Positions 34,914-48,365 of a stretch of DNA of 64,000 nt are shown here, one piece after another. The notes beneath the pieces are model-generated. The model ran no database searches, was not told the origin of the DNA, and saw only the letters and a list, made by a program, of their open reading frames with translations. Both the position numbers and the translations under genes were made by a program. Source of the stretch: Spironucleus salmonicida (lineage: Eukaryota); assembly GCF_000497125.1 (NCBI RefSeq), contig NC_090597.1:1313797-1377796 (forward strand), read 5' to 3'. How positions within the stretch are numbered: position 1 is the stretch's first letter; each line of letters starts with the position of its first letter.

Positions 34914-37721
34914 ATGGATGTTAAACTTTAATCTTAAGTGAATACTATTTTTCTTAATATAGCCTCAGGTTACATAAAGTAACTATAATCCAACTTAAAC
35001 CCACTTATTGAAAATTTTTCTAGTTTCTAATTAGATACAGCGCTAAAAGCAAATTTTATCAAAGAATTTCTCGATTCAGTATAACTGTTCCAAAATATAA
35101 TAATAGATTCTAGATAATCATTTTTAGAGAAAATTTAGACAATATATATTTAGATTAAAGAAGAAAATAGTATACTTATGAGAGAAAAAGATAATTATGA
35201 ATATGAATCTACCAAATTGACAATTATGTTGTAAGTCTCTGAGTAATAAATGAAAGAATATAGAGAGGAAATTCTTACATTAGGAAATCAGATTAAAAAA
35301 TTAAATATTGGACTGAAATAACAGTCTATTTCAAAAGTAGGAAACCAAGTTTTTAAAGCAGACTCATATGCAATGTCATAAACTCAGATTAAATATATAA
35401 ACTAGACATTAAACAAGGCTTAAAATTAAGAAAATCACCTGCCTCCTAGCTCTGCTTAATAGAAAGAAATAATAAACATCGATGAAGTAGTGAAAACAGA
35501 GGTGGAGGTTTTATAAGAAAAAGTCAAGAAATTAGAGAAAGTTGTTAATATTAAAAAGATTAACTAGTCTACAAGCATGCGTAGTCATCTTGCAAAGCAA
35601 AAGAAGGATGAAAACTAAGAGTCTGAAGATTATGATGAAAATTTTGAAGAGGAATACTCTGATAACCAATGTTAAATACCAGGAAGTATAAAGAAAAACA
35701 AGCAAGTAAGACAGCTATAATAAATAGTCTATGAATTAACAGACAAAGAAGTTTAGGATATTAGTAAAGACTATAATATAGATGTATCTAAATAGCTTTA
35801 ATTACTCTCAAATGAGCAAGATGAGGAATCTAGTAAGTCCAAGTAAAGTATTGCAAAAAATAGCACAAAAATGAGAGCAAAATAGAAACTAAAATTTGAA
35901 TCTGGTGCAAAGAACAAAAATAACTCACTATCAGAATCAACTGATGGTAATACAGGTAGATAAATGCCTAAAATGAAGCATTAGTCCACATAAACAAAAA
36001 TTATTGATGTAAATTCGCCTGATAAATAGAATCCAATCAAGCTTTTATAACGTTTTTAAACTAATATGACTCAAGGCAGTTCGATATCTTTAACTACTAG
36101 AGATTCAGTAGGTATGGTAGTTAAATAGGTACCTAATAATGAGATTAGAAATTCAAACTTTTAGTAGTCTAGACTAAAGACATAATTTTTTGATTAAAAT
36201 ACTATACCTGGAAGTTAAAATTCAAGCAGTTAATTATTATTTGATTAGTAAAATGGTTAAAATGGTTATATATCTGCAACTGATAATTATGATCCAAAAG
36301 GTAAATTCAAAGTATTTTCATTAAATGAGAATCAAACTAGAGCTTCTCCAAATCAAAGGAGCTAACCGGCAGAGTCAGACCAACACGAATACAAATAAAT
36401 GTTTTCACACGGTGTTATATAAAATAAATTAATTAAAGAAAAGAGGAATAATAAAAATTCAAATGTTTCGGAGGATGGGAGAACCGATTATGATGATCAA
36501 GTTGATTAAATGCTAATTGAAAAAGATATAGATTATGTTAAGCACTTATTTAATGTCAATGGTCTTAGTAGTGAAATGTCATTCAATGTTAATGACTATT
36601 TAGATGATTTAGGGAATTTATGTGATTCAGATGGAAGAATCAAGTATAGCAAAATTTAAATTGACACACTCAAGAAGTAAGTACTAATGAATCATATGGA
36701 ATAACAGTATATCCAGTAAATTGATGCGATTCATATTAAAATTAATTCTGATAAGTCATCACATATTTCAAAGACATTACCTGTATTTGATTAACAACAT
36801 GCAAATTCATTGTTTACTAATGGGAAGAAACCTGTCTATACAAATACAAAGACAGAAAAAATAGTATATGTTCATACGTGTCTATGTAGAGAATATCAGA
36901 GTCTATAGGAAAAATATTAGGTAATAGCTGACAAAAATAAATTTTTAGAAAAAGTTATTACATAATTATCTAAATAAACAAACAATGACTATAAACTTAA
37001 GACAAACGAGCATCTATAGTGCAAAAGTTCGATTGTAGATAGTTCATAAGTATCATAATAAGCAAAAAGAGATTAACAAGTACTACAGACAAAACATATG
37101 TTACCTTCTGTGCCTTAATAAAATAAAAGGTCAGAGTCACCGATTTTAAAACCCTAGGAATAACCTTTATTTCATAGTGGATAAATGGTAGAAAAAATAA
37201 TATATACAAAAAGTAAAACATAAAATTCATAGTTACGTGCAGAAATACTCTCTTCTTTGCCAGAAACTCTACGATATTAAGATATTTAAAGATAAACATC
37301 TGTTAATAGCTAATAATTAGAAACTGGAAATAAATAGTCTCAAAAAAAGAGTACCACTTTACATCATCCATAATCTACTAGCATTTAAAACGCATAAAAA
37401 CCCGGGTTAAGGAATTCATTTATTGAATCCACATAAATAGATCTCTTAGAAAATGAAAAGGTTATTTAAACATTATTAGATCTAACACATTATATACCTA
37501 CACCGGAGACAGCACTTATAGGTTTCTAAACTAGTGATCTTGTTACAAACTAAACTAGGAATTGTTTTTCACCGTGTAAAGGCTAACCTTGGTAAGGAAG
37601 ATCAGCTTCTGTCTAAATTAATGAACGATTAAACGAATTTTAGGCTAGGAGCATTATTAATGCTGAAAGAATCGCATATAATGACGTTGCCGTCCGGCTT
37701 CGAAAGTAAAATTAAAAGTGA
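34914..37721 (+). CDS. Coiled-coil / low-complexity hypothetical protein (935 aa)
   Basis: Long table-6 ORF ending in AAGTGA. Confidence 0.75.
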
Positions 37722-37730
37722 GTAATTTCA

Positions 37731-38822
37731 TCATTCATTTACATCCCTTAAAAGGAAGCTATTGGATCTTGCATTGCTAAGAGCTCTAGTAGTGGCCCCC
37801 GTCGCTAGGATATTTTATCTTTTCTAATGCATTTGAGTCATTTCTTCATTTGAAAGCTACATTGGATCAGCATTATTAGTCAATGCTAAAGAATCTGTAA
37901 GTTGTGGAAGTGAAAAGTTTTACATTGATCCATCATTTGACATGTTGGATATTTTCTCCTTTTAGCTTATATAAGAAGCACTCATTTCCAATTCCTAAAT
38001 TTTCTTTTCTTAATCTTCAAAACTATGTACAAATTTATTCTTTAGCTTGTCAATTTCCCCGTTTAATTTCTTTATCTAGCTATCCTTAGCCTTATTTGAC
38101 GCAAAGCTTTCACTAATCATTGAGCTATAAAGTTATTCATGCTCAATAGATTTTTATAATTCGGTACTGAGTTTTATAAGCTCAATTTTATTCTACTCTT
38201 GTATATCTTTGAGCTAACTTGCAGTTTCTTGATATTTTAAGGGGAACTTAACAAGCTTTTGTAGCTGAGATTTCATGCGCTAGTTGTCTTTCTTAACATC
38301 ATAAATTTCGGCCTATAATTAAGTATTTTACGCTAGTAGTTCTGTATTTTCTTTTATTTTCTAAGTCAGGTCATGATCAATAATTTGTGTGTTGTGTTAG
38401 ACAGAATCAGTAAATTCTGTATTATCTTATAACTAGTTATGAAGATCCTCTATTTTTGCGTGAGCTTGTACTAATAATTCTTCTAATTAGTCATTTTCCT
38501 CAACAAGTGCTTAGTACATTAATGGAATGGTCGCTTTTTATTTTTCCGATACCTTTTTATTAAGATCGATTACTTAAGCTCTAAGAAATTCACACTCTAT
38601 TGTTTATTTGCTAAAATCATTGATTAAATCGTCTACTATATACTTTAAATCATCATTATCATATTATTGTAATAAGGTGAGCAATTCGTCCTTCTTCTCT
38701 TTAATTGACATAGGTATAGTTGGGTGCTACTATTAGAGTTCTATTAGTTAACTGCTAAGATCATTATTTAGGTTATTAAGTAAAACTATCTAAGCATATA
38801 AATCTTCAACATATTCTGTCAT
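37731..38822 (-). CDS. Coiled-coil protein (363 aa)
   Basis: MTEYVEDLYAQIVLLNNLNNDLSSQL...; heptad-rich; double TGA. Confidence 0.75.
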
Positions 38823-39197
38823 TTTTATTGGTCAAAAATAAAATTTAAATATACTTATTATATATTTATATAAATTAGTAATTAGGCAAGTTTCCATAAG
38901 TTATTTATTAGATATTAAAAACTTTGAATTAATTTTTTATAATGCAAGCACAATGCGAATGAAAATTTTATAAATATAATCCATTATTTATTTTAATCAG
39001 ATTTTTATTTATTATTTATACCTTTTTAATTTATTATTAAACTATATTTGAAGTAATATTAATATTGTTAAATTAAGTAAGTCTTATAAAGCTACTTTAT
39101 TATTGAAACTTGAAATAGCGTAATACTAAAATTTAACTATATAATAAATGCATCAAGTCTCTAAACACTTCTTACTGAAGTCTAATCATCTACGATT

Positions 39198-39200
<3 letters not shown>

Positions 39201-39227
<27 letters not shown>
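39201..39227. repeat. (AAT)9 microsatellite in a long AT-rich intergenic region
   Basis: Perfect 27-bp trinucleotide run. Confidence 0.9.
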
Positions 39228-39228
<1 letters not shown>

Positions 39229-39740
39229 TCAATATTAAAGAAATAAAAGTATAAAATTCATATTTACCTCTAATATACTTTAAATTGCTTATAGATATTC
39301 ATATTGAATTTATCCTTCATAATCTGATAGTAAAAACAAAGTACTTGTCTGTACAGTTATAAAAATAGAGTTGAGAGTATTATTATTAGTTGTTATAATA
39401 AAAATATTAAATCAATTATATAACTTGTTTTAATCAAACAAAAAATAAGTAAATAATGTTTTGATTGAAAATTACTGAACATATCATATATAACAGAGAA
39501 TATACGCAACAATAAAATATATTTCTTATGACCATAATTATATACGAACTCAGAGTTAATATGTTTTTAAATTTTCTGAAGTAATTATTGAAAATTTATT
39601 AGGCTTGTACAATAAATAATTATTATGACATAGTAAAGTGAATTATAAATTTATAAAAAAGATATTGATTTGCGTGTTATTAGAACCGAATAACAAGATG
39701 TATTGTGATAAAAAGATATAAATGACAAACTAACATTGAA

Positions 39741-40064
39741 TCATAATTTAAACTCGGCATAACTTAAATCTAAATCTTTTTTTAAGTCCTTGAAGAGTTA
39801 AGATTTTTTTGGTAATGAGTAATCAGGAATTTTAATTTGTTCATCTTGTTCTATAATCTCTATTTCTTATAATTTGAAACTTTTATCGTAGATTTAATTA
39901 GAATTACTTTATATTTTTTAATTTAGCGATATTGATTAAAGAAGATTCTAAGAAGCTATTAGATTCTGCTCCATTTCTAAAAATGAATCTTCTTGATGAA
40001 ATCGAGGAGGTTGAACAACTTCATCAAAGTTCAAAACAGTGTCAATAAAATATGAAAGTTCCAT
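39741..40064 (-). CDS. Hypothetical protein (107 aa)
   Basis: MELSYFIDTVLNFDEVVQPPRFHQED...SYAEFKL. Confidence 0.65.
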
Positions 40065-40129
40065 TTTGATAATAAATTTGGAATATAAAATTAATATATT
40101 AAGTGTTAATAATTTTACACAGATCTAAA

Positions 40130-40834
40130 ATGTCCGCAAATACATCAGCATAATCTGAAGCAAACTATGTCCCATCACGACTAGCTGATTCTACAGTAAA
40201 GATAAAACTATAATCTGTGCAAGCACTAAAGGAGGCAGATGCTTAAAGAAAGCGACTTTATGCACTATAAAATAAAAAGCAATCAATTCATCAGTAGCAG
40301 TAAAATGCATGGTAATAGGTTAGTAAAATTTAATAGTAACAAAAAGAAGTGCACACATAACGAGAATACCTTAAAACTACAAAAATTGAAGCAAGGACTG
40401 CACTTTAGGAGTAAGTCAGATCACGTATGGAAGTATAGAAATCAATTAGGTCTACTGCTGATGCTCGAAAATAAGAACTTTTAGAGTAGAAGCGTGAGAT
40501 GGTTGCTTAATAGAAGTAAGAAAGAGAGTTTCTTAGGGCGTATCAACATTAGGCTAAAATTTTCGAACTTTAAGAGTTGAACAGACGTACAGAGTTCATA
40601 CGAAATGATATCTAAGAGTCTTAACAGAAGGTTTTAGAGGCCAAATTTTAAATAGCAGATTAAGCTAGAATGAAAGCATTATCAGAAGCTGTATAACTAG
40701 CTGAGAGGGCTGCGCATGAAATGGAGGAAGCAGAAAACATACAAAAATAAGAAGAGTAATGCAGAGCGGAAATTGATAAAGAACTAGGTTAGAAAGAGCG
40801 TGCAAAAGAGGTTATGAAGATGACACTGGGTTGA
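40130..40834 (+). CDS. Charged coiled-coil protein (234 aa)
   Basis: MSANTSAQSEANYVPSRL...; E/K/Q/R-rich helices. Confidence 0.8.
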
Positions 40835-41197
40835 TTTATGTGAGAACTTGATATATATGAAAATTAGTATCTGAAAAAGTTATCTTTAAATTAAATATAT
40901 TATTATCTAACCTGTTTATTTATATATGAGCCTAATAATTTTATGTTAATTATATTGTTGATAATATTTACTCAAACTTTTAGTAAACACTACTAGCATC
41001 ATCACTACTTGCAATTTATTTTTAATTACTAATTATTAATTATATCTTATAGGATAAAGATTTCATTATTTGTCTGCTTATATATAAAAGAAATTGTTAA
41101 TACATACAATAATACTTATAAAATTGAATATCAAATATTACACGATATAATTACTTTAGAATAATAAAGAGTAATAGGAGTGAATTTAAACTTAAAA

Positions 41198-41467
41198 TCA
41201 CTTTCTGAAAACCCTCCTTGGTGATTCAGGATGTATTTAGATCAAATTATTTTAATGGCCCAAGATATTATCGACTTCCTGATCATAATCTATACACCAA
41301 TTACCATTAACTATATATTTGTAACGATATTCACCTTGATTTAAAGAAATAGATAATTACCAAACATAATCTACCAGTAGTAAAGGTATTGGGATCCAAT
41401 TATTAAATTCACCAGCAACAAACACACTACTCGCCTGGTTCCTCCATACAAAGTGAACATCGTACAT
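41198..41467 (-). CDS. Stand-alone CBM48 (AMPK-beta-type glycogen-binding) protein (89 aa)
   Basis: VHFVW...VFVAGEFNNW...LNQGEYRYKYIVNGNWCID...NNLIQI. Confidence 0.9.
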
Positions 41468-41527
41468 TTTGAATCATTGTGTAGACAAGAAAATATTATA
41501 ATTATATAATTAATACTAATAATAATC

Positions 41528-41977
41528 TCATTTAAATAGTATTTCTCCAGATGATGTTTTTCGCCATCTTCTAGCTTTATTTACGCACAAATCTATAAGT
41601 TTTGTTTGTATTATCAATTACTCTTTTAACTCGTAATTATCAAGCTGTTTTTGTGAATGAGAATTAAATGCTTAATTTTCCAATCTCTGTATTTTGTATG
41701 GTTAAATATTCTTTTAATCATGATGGTACGTATTAAAAATACCACATGTTGGATGCAGCACAAAATCTGGCTGGTTACTCTATTGAAACTACTGAACCAT
41801 ACATTTTACCTAAAAACAAGCTTAATTGGAAACAGGAACCAAAAACTTGCTTTTCAGAGATTATTTTGGTGGTCTGATCAGATTATACTAGGTCTTCATT
41901 TATAAATGGTGCTGAAATGGTTCCCAGTCTGCTTTTGATATCAGAATCGAAGATGTTGACGGCCGCAAATTTTTCAT
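41528..41977 (-). CDS. Hypothetical protein (149 aa)
   Basis: MKNLRPSTSSILISKADWEPF...SGEILFK. Confidence 0.6.
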
Positions 41978-42057
41978 TGTGAAACTTACTATTAGTATAT
42001 AATACTATAAATTATTATTAAAAAACACAGATTAAACCCACATTACACATGAAAATC

Positions 42058-43284
42058 TCACCATCTGAAGCAGTAATCGCCGCTAACTATCCTTCCGCGC
42101 ACCCATTTCTCCACAGGCTTGTTCTAACTCCCCTGGTCTATTTCGAGTGACTTAACTTCAAGGCCGCTGCAAGAGGCCTACAAAACTTCAAATTCAGCCT
42201 GGATTTCTGGTTTTTTCCATACTCGCAGGTCAATTTTATCACTAAAATCACATGTAAATGCGAATGTCAAATCGACTTTCTAGGGTGCATAGAGCTCGTT
42301 AACGCGCCATTCTATAAATTCACTTTTTCGCTTGGCCTTTCCACCTTTAACATTTTGAATTTCCACTCTATTGCAGGTTTCTGGGAGCGGAATTTTTATG
42401 GTTACTTTTTCTATTATCTGTTTCGAATTGAGCTGTGAAAACGCAGTGACTTGAACGGATGCTGAGAGCGCACTCTCAGCGCTATAAATAATGTTAATTT
42501 TGAGAGGTAAAATCGCACACTCCTGTAAATTGTATTGTAAAAGCTCGAAATCTCCGTCCGGTGGCACAAATTGAACAGCGCGCGTTTTGGCGTAATCCTG
42601 CACGCTAATACACTGGTGAAAGTTCATATTTTGTTAGTTACCGTTCGTAAACTTGATTCTACAGGAAGGGATTCCAGAAAGGCGAGATTTAGCGAGAATT
42701 TGTCCCAACACTGATGATTTAAGGAGCTCGTTTTGGGACGAAAACGTGGCAGATATTCGCTCGTTGATATCGAAAAAAATTTAATCTTTGTCATATTTTA
42801 TATTGCTTGGACGGTAATTAACTTATTTTGTAGCTTGAATTGTCGGATTCTCTGCTTCTTAGTGCTTCTTGCCTTGGAGTTATGATGGAGCAATAAATAG
42901 TCTAATGACTTCGGGGTCAGCAGTGTGAATGTTTCCATTATCGATCATTTCGTCGAGGATTTCTTGTAAAATGAGTTAGTTATCTTCTAAGAGTTTTTAG
43001 CCTTTTTTATAAAGTAACTTGTTTATGCAATTCCAAAATTAGTCTATGAATATAAATGGTGCTACGCAATCCTGGTTCTCAATTAAGACAAAAATTTGGT
43101 AGACATCTTTTTTCATTGTCACGAAAATTTTACTTCCAACTAAGAAGATTGGAAGGTTAAGTTCTCCGCTGATAATTCTTGTTCGGAGTTATTATTTGTC
43201 TTATAATGTTAAATATTCCATAAAATTACGCTCGAGTACAATTTCAGCGTCAACCGTAAAAATTATTATGGCTTTAATCGTCAT
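42058..43284 (-). CDS. Adaptor protein complex mu subunit (AP-2 mu-like), 408 aa
   Basis: EILDEMIDNG, TIQAT...YRPSNIKY, SRLSGIP, NFHQCI, FVPPDGDFELLQY, SGLEVKSL, KWVR. Confidence 0.9.
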
Positions 43285-43555
43285 ATTATGTAGATAGTGT
43301 TGCAAAATATAATAATTATATAAATTAGATTTTTTAAATTTCATATTTAACATATAGTTTTTAATTACACTATATGATAATATGTTAGTGCAAATTTTAT
43401 TAATTCAGATGCGTACTAGATTCTATTTTTGAAATGATATGTCTATATAATAATATAAGTTATTCTATTTGTGATCAGTTAATTTTTACAATCCAAAACT
43501 AGTTTTATTGAGGATATAATTAAATAATATAATAACAATTATAGTAAAATCAAAA

Positions 43556-44509
43556 ATGATTTTACTTTAAATATTTGCAGCCAAGACAAATATGATTTGT
43601 TTTTCAACTGTTACGTAGAGTAAAGTGAGTTTAAAGTTTGTAACTGAGAGTTAAACAGTAACTGTAGTTTAAAATTTTATCATTACAATTAAAGGATAAC
43701 CATTAATTTTTGTACCAACATAAGAAAAATTATAGTTTGTAGCGTAATTTTCAATGGACTAACAATAAAATATTGCAGAATTTTTTGAAGCAACACCAAC
43801 TATCAATATAATTACTACTGAAGAAGTATAGGTTCAAGTTTATGCAAAATCGCTATTGCATTAATTCTCTGATCTTGAAGTTTTAGTAACTATGTTTTAT
43901 ACAAGTGAAACTGATAATTCTATTGTGATTCAATTCCCTATTGGTGTTGATATAGCGAAAGGAGAATATGTTCAACTAGGATCGGATTTTTATAATATTC
44001 CTAGTACCGATCCCACTAGTTTAACATTTACATGCCCAGGTTCTTTTGCATAAACCAACCCAGCACATTGTTATGATAGATTAAAAGGTCTTTTAAAAGC
44101 TTAGTAAATACAAATATTTACAACTGAACACAGGAAATTTTAATCTTCGAATATTTATTTTCTTGGAAACATAATAAAATTTTTGGATTATATGGAATAA
44201 ATTGATAATAAAATAAAATTTACTCCATTATAGATTATTATGATTGTGTGTATATGTGCTTTATTATTAATGTCACTTGTTTTACCAATCGTTTGTTGCA
44301 AATCAAATGGAAGAAAATCACCTATAAATCAACCATTGGCAAGCGGGTTTGGCCCTATTAGGGAAATTAAATAAAATACGTACAGAAGGGCTAATGTTTA
44401 TCAAACTCGTGAGTAGTATCAACCAGAGTTTGTTTTCTAACCTGTAAAGTAAGGTTAACATTAATATTAATAGTAAATTGCAACTACATTGCAGTATACT
44501 GATGTATGA
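43556..44509 (+). CDS. Type I single-pass membrane protein (317 aa)
   Basis: Short hydrophobic N-terminus; TM IIMIVCICALLLMSLVLPIVCC; cytosolic tail ending YTDV. Confidence 0.8.
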
Positions 44510-44522
44510 TTCTTTAAATCAC

Positions 44523-44612
44523 TCATTATTCTTCTTTTTCACCGAATATACACAGTCCAATGGCGGCTACAAGCAGTGTTAATGTAGCTAAAGCCCCGTA
44601 AGTGATGTTCAT
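44523..44612 (-). CDS. Candidate 29-aa transmembrane micropeptide
   Basis: MNITYGALATLTLLVAAIGLCIFGEKEEQ; AAAATG start, TGAGTGA end. Confidence 0.5.
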
Positions 44613-44648
44613 TTTTAAAACGAAAGAAAAAATAAAAATGATTAAATC

Positions 44649-45008
44649 TCACTATTAGACATTATTTTCTAGTAGCATTTTACTTAAAAATTCCTTTTCT
44701 GAATTGGTTTTCACCACTTTAAAAAGAATTTTTAATTAAGGATCATTTATATGAAAAATGGCTTAAGATTTAAGTAAATCTATTCGTTCAGGAACATATT
44801 TTAAACATGAAAGCTGGTCACATATTTATATAACTGATAATTATATATCTAGGTGGTTATGAAACTTTCTAAATAAGGAATTTTTTGAATAATCAATAAG
44901 ATCCTCGTTCATATAACAGCTCAAGCTACTTATAATACACAATATAATAATTTAGTGAATATTTTCGTAATCTAAAAATTTAGATAAAATACAATATTAT
45001 TATAACAT
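44649..45008 (-). CDS. Hypothetical protein (start uncertain; alternative ATG at 44912)
   Basis: Table-6 ORF ending in TAGTGA. Confidence 0.5.
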
Positions 45009-45055
45009 TATTATATCATATTATTATATAACATCCACTCCAAACTAGTAACGAA

Positions 45056-45892
45056 ATGGATTTTGAAAAATATCTTCCAAATTACAAACTGATTAAATCA
45101 CTTTAAAAAACTGCTACAGCAGAGACGATTTTAATGTAATATGAAGATTCGTAACGTGTTGTTAAGCTTACATACACACAGAATCTTGATGAGCATGCTA
45201 AACATCTTTTTAATTAAGAAGCAGTACTTTTAAAATAGTTAAAGCATCCTAATATTATAGAATTAATAGATTATTTTACTACGCCAAATCATTTGGTACT
45301 TATTACTAATTATGCTAATTCAGGAGATTTACAATAATTTATCAATAAATAGGTAAGATTAAACTAAAAAGTGAAACCTGTATAAATATTTTCATTCATT
45401 GGTTAAATTTGTGCCTCGTTAAGTTACTTGAAATAGAATAAAATCATTCATAGAGATATAAAACCTGCAAATATATTCCTTGACAAAATAGATAAAAAAT
45501 TAATTGTAAAAATAGGAGATTTCGGAGTGTCTAAAATACTAGATGCAACGGTTAATGCACAAACTGTGGTTGGAACGCTATAATATATTTCTCCAGAATT
45601 GGCTTTATAGTAAAAATACTCTTATGAAACTGATGCATGGGCGTTAGGAGTAACTTTATACGAGTTAATAGAATGGAAAACTCCTTTTGATGATGTTAAT
45701 TTAAAATGTAAACTGGATCGTATAATAAGAGGAGATTTTACACCGCTCAATTGTGATGTAAAAGAATTTGAAGTTATTGTAAATGGTTTATTAAAAGTAG
45801 TACCCAAAGAAAGATTAACTGTATAGTAGATCGGTGAGGCAGGAAATGTGAAGAAAGTCATGGATATGTTAGGTATTTATAATAATTAGTGA
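45056..45892 (+). CDS. NEK-family Ser/Thr kinase (278 aa)
   Basis: VVK, LKHPNII, YANSGDL, HRDIKPANIFL, KIGDFGVSK, TVVGTLQYISPE, DAWALG. Confidence 0.93.
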
Positions 45893-45965
45893 GACTGTAT
45901 TTTGATCTTGTACTTTACGATTTAAGTATTTAGTATTATAATATATTTTTATAATATATCATAAA

Positions 45966-46589
45966 ATGACAGATATTCTCATAGCTATATAGCATTAGTT
46001 TGAGAGTTACTACCTAGATTCAGCCTCACAAAAAACGAGTATAGAGCTATAAATAATATGGAACGATGCTTTTATAAATAAATTAAGCTAGTAAAACAAG
46101 AAAGCTTAGATCAAGCTTTAACACATAAAGTATATAGGAAGTTTAGATAGCTACAATATAAAATTAATAATATAAGATTCTACTTGCATTTGGTTAAAAA
46201 ATGCAAAGTAGTAGATTCGATAAGTTCCTCTAAAACTGCTACGAAACTAAGTTAGATAAAAATACCATGATAATACCGCTAAATATTGTTAATAGTTCAA
46301 TATATTACTTGGAAATGATTATTAAATAGAATTATCTAATATTTAGACTGATATTAAATTGTTATAATAAAATTTGTTAAAGGAAACTATACTCTATAAT
46401 GAAATAATTAAAGAGTTTAATAATGTTTATTTCTAATATAATAATATGTTAGATATAATAGAAAATTCATAATACTACTCCATTAACTTATAAAAAATTC
46501 ATTTGAAAATATTATAATAGTATTTACGATTATTGTCTTAAGTATATAAAAATGACATTCTTGCTTTTCTTTACAATATAAATCTGTGA
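45966..46589 (+). CDS. Hypothetical protein (207 aa)
   Basis: Table-6 ORF MTDILIAIQHQFESYYLD...FLYNINL. Confidence 0.5.
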
Positions 46590-46808
46590 ATTAGAATTTT
46601 TTATCAATATAGTTTACTGATTATAATATATATGATATTTAATTTTATAATTAATATTTTATTATATTTCCAATAGAAAATCAATCGTATATTAAATTAA
46701 ATATATCATAAATTATTTTTTAATTTAAATGAATTAATAAGATAATTTTTATCAAATAGTAAAAATTTACATAATACAGATATATAGCTTTTCCGCTTCT
46801 ATTACAGA

Positions 46809-48305
46809 ATGAAGTGGTTGGTTATAAGTTCAGATGAGCGTTCTTCTTCCAAGACAGTAGTATCTGCTTATATAGCAGCATTATTAGATAGAAATAGTAT
46901 CTAAATTAACTATATTAAATTAAATCCTGCACTTTCGGTAAAGCTTGGACTGCTGTCACCTGAGTCAGTCGGTGAAGCATATGTTACTTATGACGGAGGG
47001 CAGGTAGATAAAGATATTGGTATTATTGAAAGATCAGTATCATATGCATTGCCCGGAAGATCATGTTTGACACTTGGTTAAGCAATTGATATTGTTAATG
47101 TCACTGAACTAGGCTCAAAAACCTGCGGCTATGACTTTCTTTCAATTGATTAGCATCTTAGAGATTACGTGTATTAATATATAACCAATTTCAAAGATCA
47201 TGTCATCAATGTCATAGAATTGGGTGGCTCAATCAAGGAGACAGGTGTATAAATTTTTTGTTAAGCAATTAAAAAGCTCCACGAACTATCTGATATAACT
47301 ACTATTCATATCGGTGATTCTATAAATGATTTTGAACGTGTATTTTCAACGTAACCAGAACTATTCATAAATTATACAGAAAATGCTAAATTCATGAAAA
47401 ATAGGTAATTAACTAAGGCTTTAGAAACATAATTACATTCTCATTTAGAAAATTATTTAAAGGTAAAATTAGCTGATTTTGATCTTTAGCTCACTTATTT
47501 GGCTCCTTTAGACAAATAAATATATCCGCAAACAATTAGAATCGCCATAGTAGGTCGTTACGTAGCAAATGATTCAGGTTATCTTTCTATCATTGATAAT
47601 GTTCGGGCTGCTGCTCACAATAATAGCGTAGGTCTTGAATTACACAAGGTTTAATCATTATACTTGAACGATTAAAATGTTACTTCTAATCTTTAACATA
47701 TGCATGGTATCATAGTTCCAGGAGGCTTCGGTAACTGTGGGTTAGAAGGTAAAATCTGTGCAATTAAATTTGCCAGAGAGAATAGAATTCCTCTTCTCGC
47801 CATTTGTTACGGATTTTAAATGACTGTTATAGAATATGCTAGAAATGTATGTGGAATGGATGGTGCTGACACTTTTGAAATCGATTAAAATTGTAAATAT
47901 CCATTAATTGACAAATTAACCAAAATATTGTAAACTGAACAAAGGAAAGACGGTGAATAGTATGGGGTGATGAATTTAGGTGATTGTAAAGTAAAGGTTA
48001 AAGAAGGCACTATAGCTAGTACTTGCTTCAACGAAAACGATGCTGAAAGACATTGGCATAGTTATGCTGTGAATATGAAATATTGGGATTAGGTTGAAAA
48101 AGGTGGCCTAATTGGCAGCATTAGAAACGAAGCGGGAAACTTGGTGGTTGGTGTGGAAATCAAAGACCACCCATTTTTCTTTGCTAGTTAATTTCATCCG
48201 GAATTTAGAGCGAAGTACAGTTGTCCACATGAAATATTCATTAAGTTCATTGCTGCTGGTAAAAAATAGGACGCAGCTTAATAAGGAAAATCAGTGAAGG
48301 AATGA
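46809..48305 (+). CDS. CTPS: CTP synthase-like protein with degenerate synthetase domain and intact glutaminase domain (498 aa)
   Basis: [50 protein letters not shown]. Confidence 0.85.
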
Positions 48306-48365
48306 AATAATATTGTTTATATTATGTAACCTAAAATTAATAATTTTTCTTTTCAAATAAATCAA

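Noticed and set aside
39148-39300. Poly-Q/N/I ORF over the (AAT)9 run
   Set aside because: No convincing start, stop context or coding-like composition.
45966-46260. Faint resemblance to TFIIA-gamma (GSLDSYN...IWLKNA)
   Set aside because: Few identities, and the ORF is about twice the expected length; needs a profile search.
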